A stretch of DNA of 62,996 bases from Rugosibacter sp. (GTDB taxonomy: Bacteria > Pseudomonadota > Gammaproteobacteria > Burkholderiales > Rhodocyclaceae), in NCBI GenBank assembly GCA_011620215.1, contig WOZP01000044.1, positions 1 to 62,996 of the forward strand, in the 5' to 3' direction. Within the stretch, counting starts at the first letter, position 1; each line of letters begins with the position of its first letter. Positions 11,786 through 24,195 of this stretch are shown piece by piece. Position numbers and translations under genes: made by a program. The notes beneath the pieces are model-generated. The model did not search any database. It saw only the letters and a list, made by a program, of their open reading frames with translations, and was not told the origin of the DNA.

Positions 11786-12541
11786 TTAACAACTCGGGCT
11801 AGTCTGATATTCACCGAAGTGACTGAATAAATGTTGAATAGTCTGCTGAATTTCAATTGCCGCCAAGCGTGGATTGCTAGCCTGACGAATAGGCCGCCCA
11901 ACAACAATGTAATCAGCACCGTTTCGAAACGCTTGCGCGACATCGACAGTTCGCTTTTGGTCATCAACCGATTTGTTTTCAACAGGTCGAATACCTGGCG
12001 TGACCACAAGTAATCTGTCACCAAGCTCAGCACGTATTGACGCTGCTTCCATACCTGAAGATACGACTCCATCGACGCCAGCCTCTAAGGCCCGACGCGC
12101 CCGAGACAACACTAAACTTTCAACGTCACATGAAAACCCCAAGTCATCCAGATCCCCGCGGTCAAGACTCGTCAAGGCAGTTACAGCAAGGATTTTAAGT
12201 GGGCCCTTGTCTTTCACAGCAGCTTCCATAATTGACTGGTTGCCATGAACCGTTGCCAAGGTTGCCCCACTTCCAGCCAATGCACGCACAGCTGAACGCA
12301 CAGTCTCTGGAACATCAAAAAACTTAAGATCAACAAATACTTTTTTTTCCTGTGAAACGAGCCACTTCAGAAAGTCAAAATAGCCCTCTGCCATGAAAAG
12401 CTCCAAGCCAATTTTATAAAAACTAACCACGTCACCCAATGTGGTTACTAAAGCACGTGCCGCACTGACACTTGGAAAATCTAACGCGACAATCAGTCGG
12501 TCACGAGAGTCAATGGCTTTGGTAGAAAGGAAATTTTGCAT
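11786..12541 (-). CDS. pyrF: Orotidine-5'-phosphate decarboxylase
   Basis: LIVALD, KIGLEL, DLKFFDVPET, VTPGIRP, VVGRPI. Confidence 0.95.
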   Translation of the reverse strand: MQNFLSTKAIDSRDRLIVALDFPSVSAARALVTTLGDVVSFYKIGLELFMAEGYFDFLKWLVSQEKKVFVDLKFFDVPETVRSAVRALAGSGATLATVHGNQSIMEAAVKDKGPLKILAVTALTSLDRGDLDDLGFSCDVESLVLSRARRALEAGVDGVVSSGMEAASIRAELGDRLLVVTPGIRPVENKSVDDQKRTVDVAQAFRNGADYIVVGRPIRQASNPRLAAIEIQQTIQHLFSHFGEYQTSPSC

Positions 12542-12622
12542 AAAGACCAGAGGAAAAGTAATTTATCAATGGAAGGGGGGGTATTTTACTTAAGAAAAAA
12601 TCTTCTCGATCAGATCGATTGC

Positions 12623-13441
12623 CTACTTGTGTACATGACCAGGAAGCTCTGCGACGATGAACGCCGACGTTAAAACAATGATCCATGATGTATAAAGCCA
12701 TACTAAAAACACAGGAATAGCAGAAAACACTCCGTAGATTGTGGTATTAGACACAACGCCGGTAATAAACAACGTAAAGAGCTTTTGAACACCCATGAGG
12801 CCGAGTGCTGCAAAAGTTCCTCCAACCACCGCATGTACAGGCAATACAGGCTTATTGGGAACGGCCCAGTAAAGCAAACTGAATAACGTCGCCATGAACA
12901 CCAATGGCAATAAACTGCGAGTAACAAACAAATGCACCCAAAGGGGCTCATTGATCAAGCCAAAAGATAAGCTGGCAACCAAAGCTACCACGATAAGGCT
13001 CCCACCTAACAGCAGCGGCCCGATGGTAATTGCAAGGCCATGCATAGCCAGGCGTCGAAAAATTGGCCGGACTTTTTTGACGTGCCATATCTGATTGAAA
13101 ATACGCTCAATCGTGAGCATTTGCATTACTGCCGTCACACCCAGTGCAAGCGTGCCAAAAAAAGTTACCCGGCCAACTCGCCCTGCAAACTGGCTCACGT
13201 ACTTGGCGATAACAATACCTGCTTTATCTGGTAAAAGATTTGCAAGCAAAAACCTCTCAATGGCATGACCAAGTCCAACACTGGCAGGTATTATGGAAAT
13301 AATCGCAAAGCCAACTGCAATCATTGGAACCAGCCCAAGCAGACTGACAAAAGATAAAGCAGCTGCGGTTTGCGTACATCGCTCTCTGCGAAAACGTTGT
13401 GCAACGCGAAAAAGCAGTCGAAAAGGTAAAGTCAGCCACAT
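12623..13441 (-). CDS. YihY/BrkB-family inner membrane protein
   Basis: AAALSF...LL.LVP, FNQIW, YWAVPN, IYG.FSAIP.FL.W.Y; multiple TM segments; divergent from wrbA. Confidence 0.88.
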   Translation of the reverse strand: MWLTLPFRLLFRVAQRFRRERCTQTAAALSFVSLLGLVPMIAVGFAIISIIPASVGLGHAIERFLLANLLPDKAGIVIAKYVSQFAGRVGRVTFFGTLALGVTAVMQMLTIERIFNQIWHVKKVRPIFRRLAMHGLAITIGPLLLGGSLIVVALVASLSFGLINEPLWVHLFVTRSLLPLVFMATLFSLLYWAVPNKPVLPVHAVVGGTFAALGLMGVQKLFTLFITGVVSNTTIYGVFSAIPVFLVWLYTSWIIVLTSAFIVAELPGHVHK

Positions 13442-13475
13442 ATGTTTTGTATTCTAGCGACGGTAACGATTTTAA

Positions 13476-14444
<969 letters not shown>

Positions 14445-14461
<17 letters not shown>

Positions 14462-15983
14462 GTTTCTCCTTCTTTGAACTCAGCGTATTCAAAGCATGGA
14501 TGTAGGCTTTTGCCGAAGCAACAACAATGTCAGTATCGGCGCCTTGCCCATTGACGATTCGACCATCTTTGGCAAGCCGGACGGTCACTTCGCCTTGCGC
14601 ATCCGTCCCGGTCGTAATTGCAGTTACCGAGTACAACAAGAGCTCAGATCCGCTCGCGGCGATGCTTTCAATCGCCTTGAATGTCGCGTCAACAGGGCCG
14701 CTACCACTAGCCTCAGCCTCTTTTTCAATACCTTCTGTTGAGATAATAAGCCGCGCCAAGGGCACCTCACCTGTCTCAGAATGAAACATGGATGAAACAA
14801 GTCGATAGCGCTCATTCTCTGGCGTAACAGCCTCATCACTCATCAATGCATGTAAGTCCTCATCGAAAATTTCATGTTTCTTATCAGCGAGTTCTTTAAA
14901 TCGCATAAATGCCGTATTCAATACCTGTTCGCTCTCTACCTCAATGCCAAGCTCTTTTAAGCGCGCCCGAAATGCGGTTCGGCCCGAAAGCTTTCCCAAA
15001 ACAAGTTTATTGGCATTCCAGCCAACATCTTCAGCTCGCATGATTTCGTACGTTTCGCGATGCTTCAATACGCCATCTTGATGAATACCTGATTCATGAG
15101 CGAAGGCATTGGCACCAACAATTGCTTTATTGGGTTGAACCGGAAACCCGGTAATGCTGGAAACCATTTTAGAGGCCGGAACAATTTGCGTTGCATCAAT
15201 GCGAGTCTCACACGGGAAAATGTCTTGCCTTGTGCGAACTGCCATAACAATTTCTTCAAGTGAGGCGTTCCCTGCACGCTCACCCAATCCATTGATCGTG
15301 CACTCAACTTGGCGCGCACCAGCCATTACCGCAGCAAGGCTATTGGCGACTGCCAACCCAAGGTCATTGTGGCAATGGACAGACCAAACAACTTTATCTG
15401 AATTGGGAATGCGCGCACGTAATTGCTTTATGCGCTCAGCAAATTGCTCAGGTACGTTATAGCCCACAGTGTCAGGGATATTAATCGTTGTTGCACCTTC
15501 TTTGATCACTGCCTCAATTACTCGACAGAGAAAGTCCAATTCAGAACGACCGGCGTCTTCACATGAAAACTCCACATCATCAATGCCGTTACGTGCAAAA
15601 CGAACGGCGCTTTTTGCGGCCGCAATCACGTCATCTGGCGACATACGCAACTTCTTCTCCATATGGATGGGACTTGTCGCCAAAAATGTGTGGATACGGC
15701 CTGACGCTGCTGGCTTGATGGCCTCTAAAGCCCGCGATATATCCTTATCAAAGGCGCGGCTAAGGGCAGCAACGGTTGAGTCCTTGATTACCTCAGCAAC
15801 GGCTTTAACCGCCGCAAAATCTCCGTTGGAAGCGGCAGGAAATCCGGCCTCAATAACATTCACACGCATACGCTCAAGCTGCCGTGCAATTCTCAACTTC
15901 TCTTCCTTAGTCATCGAGGCGCCAGGGCTTTGCTCACCATCGCGTAATGTAGTATCAAAAATAATCAATTGTTCTTTAGACAT
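14445..15983 (-). CDS. leuA: 2-isopropylmalate synthase
   Basis: [33 protein letters not shown]. Confidence 0.97.
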
Positions 15984-16075
15984 GCTGATCTCCTTTGGGA
16001 CTTCAAGTTAGGCACACGTAACAACGCCTCTCCATTTTGGAGTTGCTTCAAATTAACCGAATTATGGGGGATGGT

Positions 16076-16201
16076 TTATTTATGCGCGTTGCGCAGTAGC
16101 GGCAACGGCTTGGCGCGCAACGACCGGCGCAAGATAAGCGCGCCGAAGAATGCGGAAATCAGCGCAAAAAATGCAAACCGAGAAAATATCGCCAAAACCA
16201 T
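16076..16201 (-). CDS. Candidate Leu-rich leader peptide upstream of leuA (41 aa)
   Basis: Hand translation MVLAIFSRFAFFALISAFFGALILRRSLRAKPLPLLRNAHK*; 8 Leu codons; ends about 90 nt before the leuA start. Confidence 0.45.
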   Translation of the reverse strand: MVLAIFSRFAFFALISAFFGALILRRSLRAKPLPLLRNAHK

Positions 16202-16249
16202 TATCTAACTATAAATGCTTTATTCTTTTGTTGCAATATGTTCGATTGC

Positions 16250-17017
16250 CTAATTTTGTTTATTTTTCCAACGCAGTGCAAACACAATATAACCGGACAC
16301 GGCATAACTCAAAAATAACGCAAACAAAACCCCGGGAGGGTAAAAGGATACGAAGGCAAAACCTAGTGCAATCACAGCAACCATCATGAATGGCACGCTT
16401 TTTTTAAGATTGATTTCCTTCCCAGACCAATACGGAATATTGCTGACCATTGTGATACCTGAGAAAATGGTCAAAATACAGGTGAACCAGCGGGCATCTT
16501 CTCCTGTGACTTCAAGGTCGAGCAATACCCAAACTAAACCAGCAATTAAAGCCGCCGCCGCAGGGCTTGGCAGACCTTGAAAATATCGTTTATCGGTTGT
16601 CCTCAGGTTGGTATTGAATCTGGCTAAACGCAATGCAGCGCCAACGCAATAAATAAAAGCAGCAATCCACCCCAATTTGCCTAAGCCTTTTAATGACCAT
16701 TCGTACACTACTAGTGCTGGAGCGACGCCAAAGGAAACCATGTCAGAAAGTGAATCGTACTCAGCCCCAAATGCACTTTGGGTGTGCGTCATCCGGGCAA
16801 CACGTCCATCCAGGCCATCCAAAACCATGGCAATAAAAATTGCTATGGCAGAGTGTTCAAAACGACCATTCATGGCTTGCACAATGGCATAAAAGCCCGC
16901 AAACAAAGCCGCAGTCGTTAAAAGATTAGGCAGCAAATAGATACCCCGTCGTCGAAGATCAGGAGCCATCAGCATTTTTTCTGGTCGTATGGGTGGGGTG
17001 GGGGGTAATGCGCTCAT
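16250..17017 (-). CDS. pssA: CDP-diacylglycerol--serine O-phosphatidyltransferase
   Basis: DGLDGRVAR...GAEYDSLSD CDP-alcohol phosphotransferase motif; RLARFN; next to psd. Confidence 0.95.
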   Translation of the reverse strand: MSALPPTPPIRPEKMLMAPDLRRRGIYLLPNLLTTAALFAGFYAIVQAMNGRFEHSAIAIFIAMVLDGLDGRVARMTHTQSAFGAEYDSLSDMVSFGVAPALVVYEWSLKGLGKLGWIAAFIYCVGAALRLARFNTNLRTTDKRYFQGLPSPAAAALIAGLVWVLLDLEVTGEDARWFTCILTIFSGITMVSNIPYWSGKEINLKKSVPFMMVAVIALGFAFVSFYPPGVLFALFLSYAVSGYIVFALRWKNKQN

Positions 17018-17037
17018 AATTTTTGCGGGGCAATTTT

Positions 17038-17691
17038 TTAGACAAGTTCTGGCAACTCGGCAAGAACAGTCGACGAGGCTTTCACCGTCTCACCAACGCC
17101 GACTTTTATGTGGGTTTCAGGAGGCAGATAAAGATCAACGCGCGAACCAAAACGAATGAATCCGTAACGCTGACCACGGGTCATTTTTTCTCCAATATCA
17201 ACATAACAAAGTATCCGTCTTGCAATTAATCCCGCAACCTGGACGCACGTGATATCAAACCCGTCACGCGTCCGAAGGTGTAACGCATTGCGTTCATTTT
17301 CAAGCGAAGCCTTATCCAGGGAGGCGTTCAGGAACTTACCCGGATGGTACCAGCGATTCATAATTTCACCATCAACCGGACTGCGATTTGAATGGACGTT
17401 AAAAACATTCATGAAAATGCTTACTTTCACGCACTCTCGATCAAGCCAGGGATCGCGCGCTGGCTCAATGACAACAATGCGGCCATCCGCCGGCGCTAGA
17501 ACACTTTTTTTCCCTTGTGGAATCGGACGCGCAGGATCACGAAAAAATTGCACGCAAAACACGAAAAAAATCCAGGCTGGAATACTCCATGTCCAACCCA
17601 AAAAATACAAACTCGCTATTGCTGCAACAAGCGCAAAGAAGATAAAAGGCCAGCCTTCGCGAGCAAGAATGGGATGTGGGTAATGATTCAT
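17038..17691 (-). CDS. psd: Phosphatidylserine decarboxylase proenzyme
   Basis: [25 protein letters not shown] cleavage motif. Confidence 0.95.
   Translation of the reverse strand: MNHYPHPILAREGWPFIFFALVAAIASLYFLGWTWSIPAWIFFVFCVQFFRDPARPIPQGKKSVLAPADGRIVVIEPARDPWLDRECVKVSIFMNVFNVHSNRSPVDGEIMNRWYHPGKFLNASLDKASLENERNALHLRTRDGFDITCVQVAGLIARRILCYVDIGEKMTRGQRYGFIRFGSRVDLYLPPETHIKVGVGETVKASSTVLAELPELV
17083..17106 (-). repeat. Dispersed 24-bp motif, copy 3 (inside psd, encodes KVGVGETV)
   Basis: Minus strand AAAGTCGGCGTTGGTGAGACGGTG (two changes at otherwise near-invariant positions). Confidence 0.8.
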
Positions 17692-17760
17692 AAGCGTTGT
17701 TGGGTTGTCGACCGAAGTCGGTATATTAAATGTTTATCAAGCTTCACCAAACCACAGAAG

Positions 17761-17789
17761 AAAAAAGCACAGCATGGCTGTGCTTTTTT
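17761..17789 (-). terminator. Intrinsic terminator after ilvC
   Basis: AAAAAAGCACAGC-ATG-GCTGTGCTTTTTT hairpin. Confidence 0.85.
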
Positions 17790-17812
17790 CTTTTCTTATC
17801 TTTCCAATAAAC

Positions 17813-18832
<1,020 letters not shown>

Positions 18833-18856
18833 TTATTGTTCCTTAGTTTCAAAAAA

Positions 18857-19348
18857 TTAAACCTTGAGAATACGGTCACCACGACCAATACCACAGACGC
18901 CTGTACGCACTGTTTCCAAAACAAGTGAATGCTCTATGACCTCAAGAAAAGCATCCAGTTTAGAACAGTCTCCAGTTAGTTCGATCACGTACGACGACTC
19001 CGTTACATCAACTATTCGTCCCCTGAAAATATCTGCGATGCGCTTCATTTCTTCGCGGTCTTTTCCGGTAGCACGAACTTTAACTAACATCAGCTCACGC
19101 TCAATATGCGGAGCCTCTGATAAATCAACCACTTTAACGACATCGATAAGCTTATTCAGCTGCTTCGTGATTTGCTCAATGACACTATCAGAACCGCTAC
19201 TAACAATGGTCATCCGCGACAACGAGGGGTCTTCCGTTGCTGCAACAGTGAGTGATTCAATATTGAAAGCCCGCGCAGAAAAAAGACCCGATACACGTGA
19301 CAAGGCACCCGCTTCATTTTCAAGAAGAATGGAAATGATATGTCTCAT
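18857..19348 (-). CDS. ilvN: Acetolactate synthase small subunit (IlvN/IlvH)
   Basis: MRHIISILLENEAGALSRV.GLFSAR ACT domain; EQITKQLNKL. Confidence 0.95.
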   Translation of the reverse strand: MRHIISILLENEAGALSRVSGLFSARAFNIESLTVAATEDPSLSRMTIVSSGSDSVIEQITKQLNKLIDVVKVVDLSEAPHIERELMLVKVRATGKDREEMKRIADIFRGRIVDVTESSYVIELTGDCSKLDAFLEVIEHSLVLETVRTGVCGIGRGDRILKV

Positions 19349-19350
19349 GC

Positions 19351-21060
19351 TCACAAATCCTCAGCCAAAATCATGTCTGACAAACCTTTACCAGCTGCAA
19401 TCATTGGATAAACATTCGCTGTTTGATCCGTTATAAAGTCCATGAAAACCAGATCATTTTTGTGCTTAGTAAATGCCTCACGCAATGCTGGCTCGACATC
19501 GGCTGGACGCTCGATCAGCATACCCACATGCCCATAAGCCTCAGCCAACTTCACGAAGTCGGGTAAGGCATTCACGTAGGACTCAGCATGCCGATCACCA
19601 TGAAACATCTGTTGCCATTGGCGAACCATTCCGAGATAACGGTTATTTAAATTAATAATTTTTATGGGCAACCGAAATTGTTTAGCTGTTGACAGCTCTT
19701 GAATATTCATCTGAATTGAGGCTTCGCCAGTAACACAAGCAACCGTTGCCTCCGGGTTGGCAAATCGCACGCCCATGGCGTAAGGCAAACCAACACCCAT
19801 GGTTCCTAGGCCCCCCGAGTTAATCCAACGCCGAGGTTTGTCAAATCTATAATATTGGGCTGCCCACATTTGATGCTGACCAACATCAGACGTAACAAAT
19901 GCATCGCCACCTGTCACTTCATAGAGCTTCTCAATAACGTACTGCGGCATGATGATCTCTTTGCCTTGCTTGTACTTCAGTGAATTCTTGCCTCGCCACG
20001 CATCAATCTGCTTCCACCAAGCAGCTAATGCCTTAGCATCAGGCTTACTTTTCTGTTCATCGAATAACGCCTGCAACTCGCCAAGAACCTCTGGTAAATG
20101 GCCAACGATAGGCACATCCACATCAACCCGCTTGGCAATCGAAGAAGGATCAATGTCGATATGGATAATCTTACGAGGTACTGAACCAAAATCGGCTGGA
20201 TTACCAATCACGCGATCATCAAATCGCGCACCGATGGCCACCAGCACATCACAATGGTGCATTGCCATGTTGGCTTCGTAAGTACCATGCATACCCAGCA
20301 TGCCGACAAACTGCCTATCTGTTGCAGGATATCCACCCAACCCCATTAGCGTATTAGTCACAGGAAAGCCGAGTGAGTGAGCCAGCTTGACTAATTGGCT
20401 TGAAGCGTCGGAAAGGATAACGCCACCACCAGTGTAAAGCATTGGGCGCTTCGCCTCTAGCATCAGTTGCAGCGCTTTTCTTACCTGTCCACTATGACAC
20501 TTCACATTGGGCGCATAAGAGCGCATCGTAATTGTTTTTGGATATTCAAACTCGCAAACATGCGTCGTTATATCTTTTGGAATATCAACAAGCACAGGAC
20601 CCGGCCGACCCGACTGAGCAATATAAAACGCTTTCTTAATCGTTATTGCCAGATCTTTTACGTCCTTGACAAGGAAATTATGTTTCACGCAAGGACGTGT
20701 AATACCCACGGTATCACACTCCTGAAAGGCATCCTGACCAATGTAATGCGTCGGCACTTGTCCACTGATGATGACTAACGGGATTGAATCCATATGCGCT
20801 GTAGCAATTCCCGTCACCGCATTGGTGACACCAGGGCCGGATGTCACCATACAAACACCCACCTTGTTTGACGAACGGGAATAAGCATCCGCAGCATGAA
20901 CTGCGGCCTGTTCATGCCTAACTAGAACATGTTTAAACTTGTCTTGCTTAAAGAATTCATCATAGATATAGAGAACGGATCCCCCAGGATAGCCGAACAC
21001 ATATTCGACCTTTTCTTCCTGGAGACACTTAACTACAATTTCAGCGCCGGTTAGCTGCAT
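19351..21060 (-). CDS. ilvB: Acetolactate synthase large subunit (IlvB/IlvI)
   Basis: FGYPGG, RHEQ, TSGPG, DVGQHQMW, SGGLGTMG, LGMVRQWQ. Confidence 0.96.
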   Translation of the reverse strand: MQLTGAEIVVKCLQEEKVEYVFGYPGGSVLYIYDEFFKQDKFKHVLVRHEQAAVHAADAYSRSSNKVGVCMVTSGPGVTNAVTGIATAHMDSIPLVIISGQVPTHYIGQDAFQECDTVGITRPCVKHNFLVKDVKDLAITIKKAFYIAQSGRPGPVLVDIPKDITTHVCEFEYPKTITMRSYAPNVKCHSGQVRKALQLMLEAKRPMLYTGGGVILSDASSQLVKLAHSLGFPVTNTLMGLGGYPATDRQFVGMLGMHGTYEANMAMHHCDVLVAIGARFDDRVIGNPADFGSVPRKIIHIDIDPSSIAKRVDVDVPIVGHLPEVLGELQALFDEQKSKPDAKALAAWWKQIDAWRGKNSLKYKQGKEIIMPQYVIEKLYEVTGGDAFVTSDVGQHQMWAAQYYRFDKPRRWINSGGLGTMGVGLPYAMGVRFANPEATVACVTGEASIQMNIQELSTAKQFRLPIKIINLNNRYLGMVRQWQQMFHGDRHAESYVNALPDFVKLAEAYGHVGMLIERPADVEPALREAFTKHKNDLVFMDFITDQTANVYPMIAAGKGLSDMILAEDL

Positions 21061-21184
21061 CGATTACACCTGTTGTCACTTTTTTGAGGTAAACGTGTAA
21101 CCTTACTGTTTTGCTGGGAAATGGTCAAGATTTAAAGTAAATTCTAACTACTGCTTTAATGCCTCACGCTCCTATTTTTCTTGC

Positions 21185-21760
21185 ATGAACCCAGTACTCA
21201 ACTCGAGAATTGCTCTTTCGGATTTTCTTGCCAGCATTGAGCGGCGGGCCTTCAAACAAGCTATGTTTGCAGTGAAAAATAGAGAAGTAGCACTAGATGT
21301 CGTGCAAGATGCCATGATGAAATTATCCGAGAAATACAGCGCTCGCCCTGCAAATGAATGGCCGATGCTGTTTCAAAGAATTTTACAAAACACGATTCGA
21401 GATAGCTTTCGTCGCTCAAACGTACGCTCCCTCTGGATGAGCTTATTTTCATCTTTTTTAAGTGATAACGATGATGAAACTGACCCTCTGGACATTATTT
21501 CAGTTACTAGCGAACACAAGGAGTTATCCTCTCCTCAACAGCAAATTGAGCAAACCCAGCTGCTAGGGATTATTGAAGCAGAAATTGAAAAACTGCCTGC
21601 ACGTCAACGCGAAGCCTTCCTGATGCGTTATTGGGAAGAGCTGGATATCAGCGAAACAGCGCTAGCAATGGGCTGTTCAGAAGGCAGCGTCAAAACTCAC
21701 TGCTCACGGGCGACACATACATTGGCCGCCGCGCTAAAAGCTAAGGGCATCGCACTATGA
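21185..21760 (+). CDS. ECF RNA polymerase sigma factor
   Basis: ALDVVQDAM (region 2); LPARQREAF...ETA..MGCSEGSVKTH (region 4). Confidence 0.92.
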   Translation: MNPVLNSRIALSDFLASIERRAFKQAMFAVKNREVALDVVQDAMMKLSEKYSARPANEWPMLFQRILQNTIRDSFRRSNVRSLWMSLFSSFLSDNDDETDPLDIISVTSEHKELSSPQQQIEQTQLLGIIEAEIEKLPARQREAFLMRYWEELDISETALAMGCSEGSVKTHCSRATHTLAAALKAKGIAL

Positions 21761-22137
21761 ATGAAGAAACGGAATTCGCATCTAAAATTTGTAACCAACT
21801 TGAAGCAGGGATGTCAGCACTTGATCCTACTGTGTTGATGCGCCTGCACAAGGCGCGGTGGCGTGCGTTGAATGCTCAAAATGTTCGCAGTCTTAAGTTC
21901 GCAGGTATCGTTGCGGCAGCAGAACAAGAAATTTTAAGTCATGCAAAAACGCTGCTGATCGTTTTAGCCTTGAGTATTGGCACCATAGGTACTTATTACT
22001 GGAATGGTGACGAACAAGCTCATGAACACGACGAAATTGATAGTGCTCTACTGACTGATGAGCTCCCACCTACTGCATACCTTGATCCGGGCTTTCAAGC
22101 ATGGCTCAAACCTTCTGTCGACTTATCCTCGCAATAA
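21757..22137 (+). CDS. DUF3619-like putative anti-sigma membrane protein
   Basis: RL..AR.RAL, one TM segment, DSALLTDELPPTAYLDPGF; follows the ECF sigma gene. Confidence 0.75.
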   Translation: MNEETEFASKICNQLEAGMSALDPTVLMRLHKARWRALNAQNVRSLKFAGIVAAAEQEILSHAKTLLIVLALSIGTIGTYYWNGDEQAHEHDEIDSALLTDELPPTAYLDPGFQAWLKPSVDLSSQ

Positions 22138-22634
22138 CCCTGGTGCTAGCCTCAATACCGGGCTACTCGCTTGACTCATTAAACACTCAGCCAACATGGT
22201 CCGAGTTGAATAGTCAGCAAAAGGTCATCCTCACTCCTTTCTCAAGCTCATGGAATAGCATGGACAATTACAGCCGAAAAAAATGGCTGGCCATTGCCAA
22301 ACGATATCCATCAATGGGGACCGAAGAAAAAGTGCGTACCCAAAACCATATGAAAGAATGGGTAAAGCTCACCCCCCAGGAACGCAAACGCGCACGAGAA
22401 AAGTATAAATCCTTGAGACGCTCATCGCCAAACCAAAAGGCCACCCTCAAGAATAAATGGCAGGAGTACCAAGCGCTTCCGGAAAGCGAAAAAAATCGAT
22501 TGAAATCTGCGGCCAAACGCCAAGACAAGACTCGTCCAGTGCCAAAGTCATCGGCCCTGTCCTTAAAGAAAAAAGCATCCTCACATCCAACTCGTCCATT
22601 AACCAGTCCGCCCCATTTTGTTGACACCCCTTAA
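22101..22634 (+). CDS. DUF3106-like exported protein
   Basis: Signal peptide and repeated W..L...Q/ER helical units; conserved cluster position. Confidence 0.75.
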   Translation: MAQTFCRLILAITLVLASIPGYSLDSLNTQPTWSELNSQQKVILTPFSSSWNSMDNYSRKKWLAIAKRYPSMGTEEKVRTQNHMKEWVKLTPQERKRAREKYKSLRRSSPNQKATLKNKWQEYQALPESEKNRLKSAAKRQDKTRPVPKSSALSLKKKASSHPTRPLTSPPHFVDTP

Positions 22635-23097
22635 TCCAGAGCCCCTATCAGAAGAAGCAGATCGTGCGCATACTCAAAAGATCGTGATGCCAAGCTTGCG
22701 ACGTCGATTTGCGAGCATGGCATATGAATGTTTACTTCTACTCGGTGTTCTTTCCATCACGTTTCTCATTCCCCATCTGCTTCTAGGAATGGCGGCATCC
22801 ATAGTGCTCCCGGGCTGGGCACTTTTACTGCATGTTTTTTTAGTTCTTGGAGCATACTTTATTGGATATTGGCATTTTGGCGGCCAAACTCTTGCAATGC
22901 AAACTTGGCAACTACAAATTGTCACCGAAAACTACGCACGTCCGTCACCTGCTCGGCTCGTGTTGCGCTACCTTTTGGCGTGGCCTAGCATCATTTATTT
23001 TTTTGCAGGGCTTTTATGGGCGTTATTAGATCGTGATCGTCAATTCTTGCATGACCGGCTAGCAAAAACACGGATCATGTTTAAAGCAAAAACATAA
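22618..23097 (+). CDS. RDD-family membrane protein
   Basis: RRFASMAYE, GQTLAMQTW, QFLHDRL. Start uncertain. Confidence 0.85.
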   Translation: MLTPLNPEPLSEEADRAHTQKIVMPSLRRRFASMAYECLLLLGVLSITFLIPHLLLGMAASIVLPGWALLLHVFLVLGAYFIGYWHFGGQTLAMQTWQLQIVTENYARPSPARLVLRYLLAWPSIIYFFAGLLWALLDRDRQFLHDRLAKTRIMFKAKT

Positions 23098-23115
23098 CGG
23101 ACACTAAGCCATCAA

Positions 23116-24195
23116 CTACCGACGTTCAACCCACCACAGCATGCCTGTGGCTGCCAATAAAAATAACAAACTAGGTGTCATGGCAGAAAGAAATGGCGGC
23201 CAGCTATTAATGGCGCCCAAGCTTGAAAATAACCCGTTAAGCATATGAAAGCCAATGCCCAACATGACTCCAGAAAATATACGGATGCTGGTAACACCCG
23301 CACGATCTTGCAAATAAGCAAACGGTAATGCCAGAGCCATCATAACCAGCGGCGCAAAAGGGTAGGTCAGCTTTTTCCACAAGGCAATCTCGTAACGCCC
23401 CGTCTTTTGCTGATTACTTCGCAAATGACGAATATAGCGCGTCAAGTTAAGAAGTGACATACGTCCTGGATCGACCATTAAAACCACCAATAGATCTGGA
23501 TTTAAAGCAGACTTCCATTGAAAGCTCGCCATTCGCTCGACATAGGCAGAATCACCCGAAAAAATGGTACGCACAACATCATCAAGCTTCCACTCGCCTT
23601 CAGAAATGAACCGTCCTTTTTTTGCCTCACTGATAGAGCTTAACTGGAAATTTTTATCGAATTCAAAAATTCTCAAATCTTTAAGCGAGGCATCTGGAAA
23701 AACCTCATTTACATTGATAAACGAAGTTTCATCCTTAACCCATAGACCGGAGCGAAATTCTTTGGCGACGAGCTTACCCATCGCTTTAAGCCGAATCTGC
23801 TGTGCCGATTGCTCCGCAGGGGGTACTAAAAACTCACCCACCGCCAAAGTAAGCATAGTAAAAATAAGACCAATACGGCCTAAAGAAAACAAAAACTCAC
23901 GTGTTGATAAACCAGACGACCTGAGAACTGCAATTTCAGAATGCCGTGCAAGCATCACAAGCGCATATAACGTACCAATCAAGATCCCGATTGGGAATAA
24001 CTCATACAGCCTGCCCGGCAAGGTCAATCCGATATAAATCAAGGCATCCTGAAGGCGGTATCCCCCTTTGCCAATACTCTCCAGCTCATGAATCAAATCA
24101 AAAAAGGCAAATAGCATTAGAAAAGCAAGTAGAACCAACGCCGTTGAAGCATAAATTTCTTTCGCTAAATGACGCTCATAAATTTTTAACGCCAT
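23116..24195 (-). CDS. lptG: LPS export ABC transporter permease LptG
   Basis: LARHSEIAVLRSSGLS, GLWVKD, ALPF; follows lptF. Start set at MALKIY. Confidence 0.93.
   Translation of the reverse strand: MALKIYERHLAKEIYASTALVLLAFLMLFAFFDLIHELESIGKGGYRLQDALIYIGLTLPGRLYELFPIGILIGTLYALVMLARHSEIAVLRSSGLSTREFLFSLGRIGLIFTMLTLAVGEFLVPPAEQSAQQIRLKAMGKLVAKEFRSGLWVKDETSFINVNEVFPDASLKDLRIFEFDKNFQLSSISEAKKGRFISEGEWKLDDVVRTIFSGDSAYVERMASFQWKSALNPDLLVVLMVDPGRMSLLNLTRYIRHLRSNQQKTGRYEIALWKKLTYPFAPLVMMALALPFAYLQDRAGVTSIRIFSGVMLGIGFHMLNGLFSSLGAINSWPPFLSAMTPSLLFLLAATGMLWWVERR

Noticed and set aside
21185-23097. ECF sigma-DUF3619-DUF3106-RDD cluster as novel
   Set aside because: It is a commonly conserved betaproteobacterial block next to ilvB, and nothing unusual is visible here.
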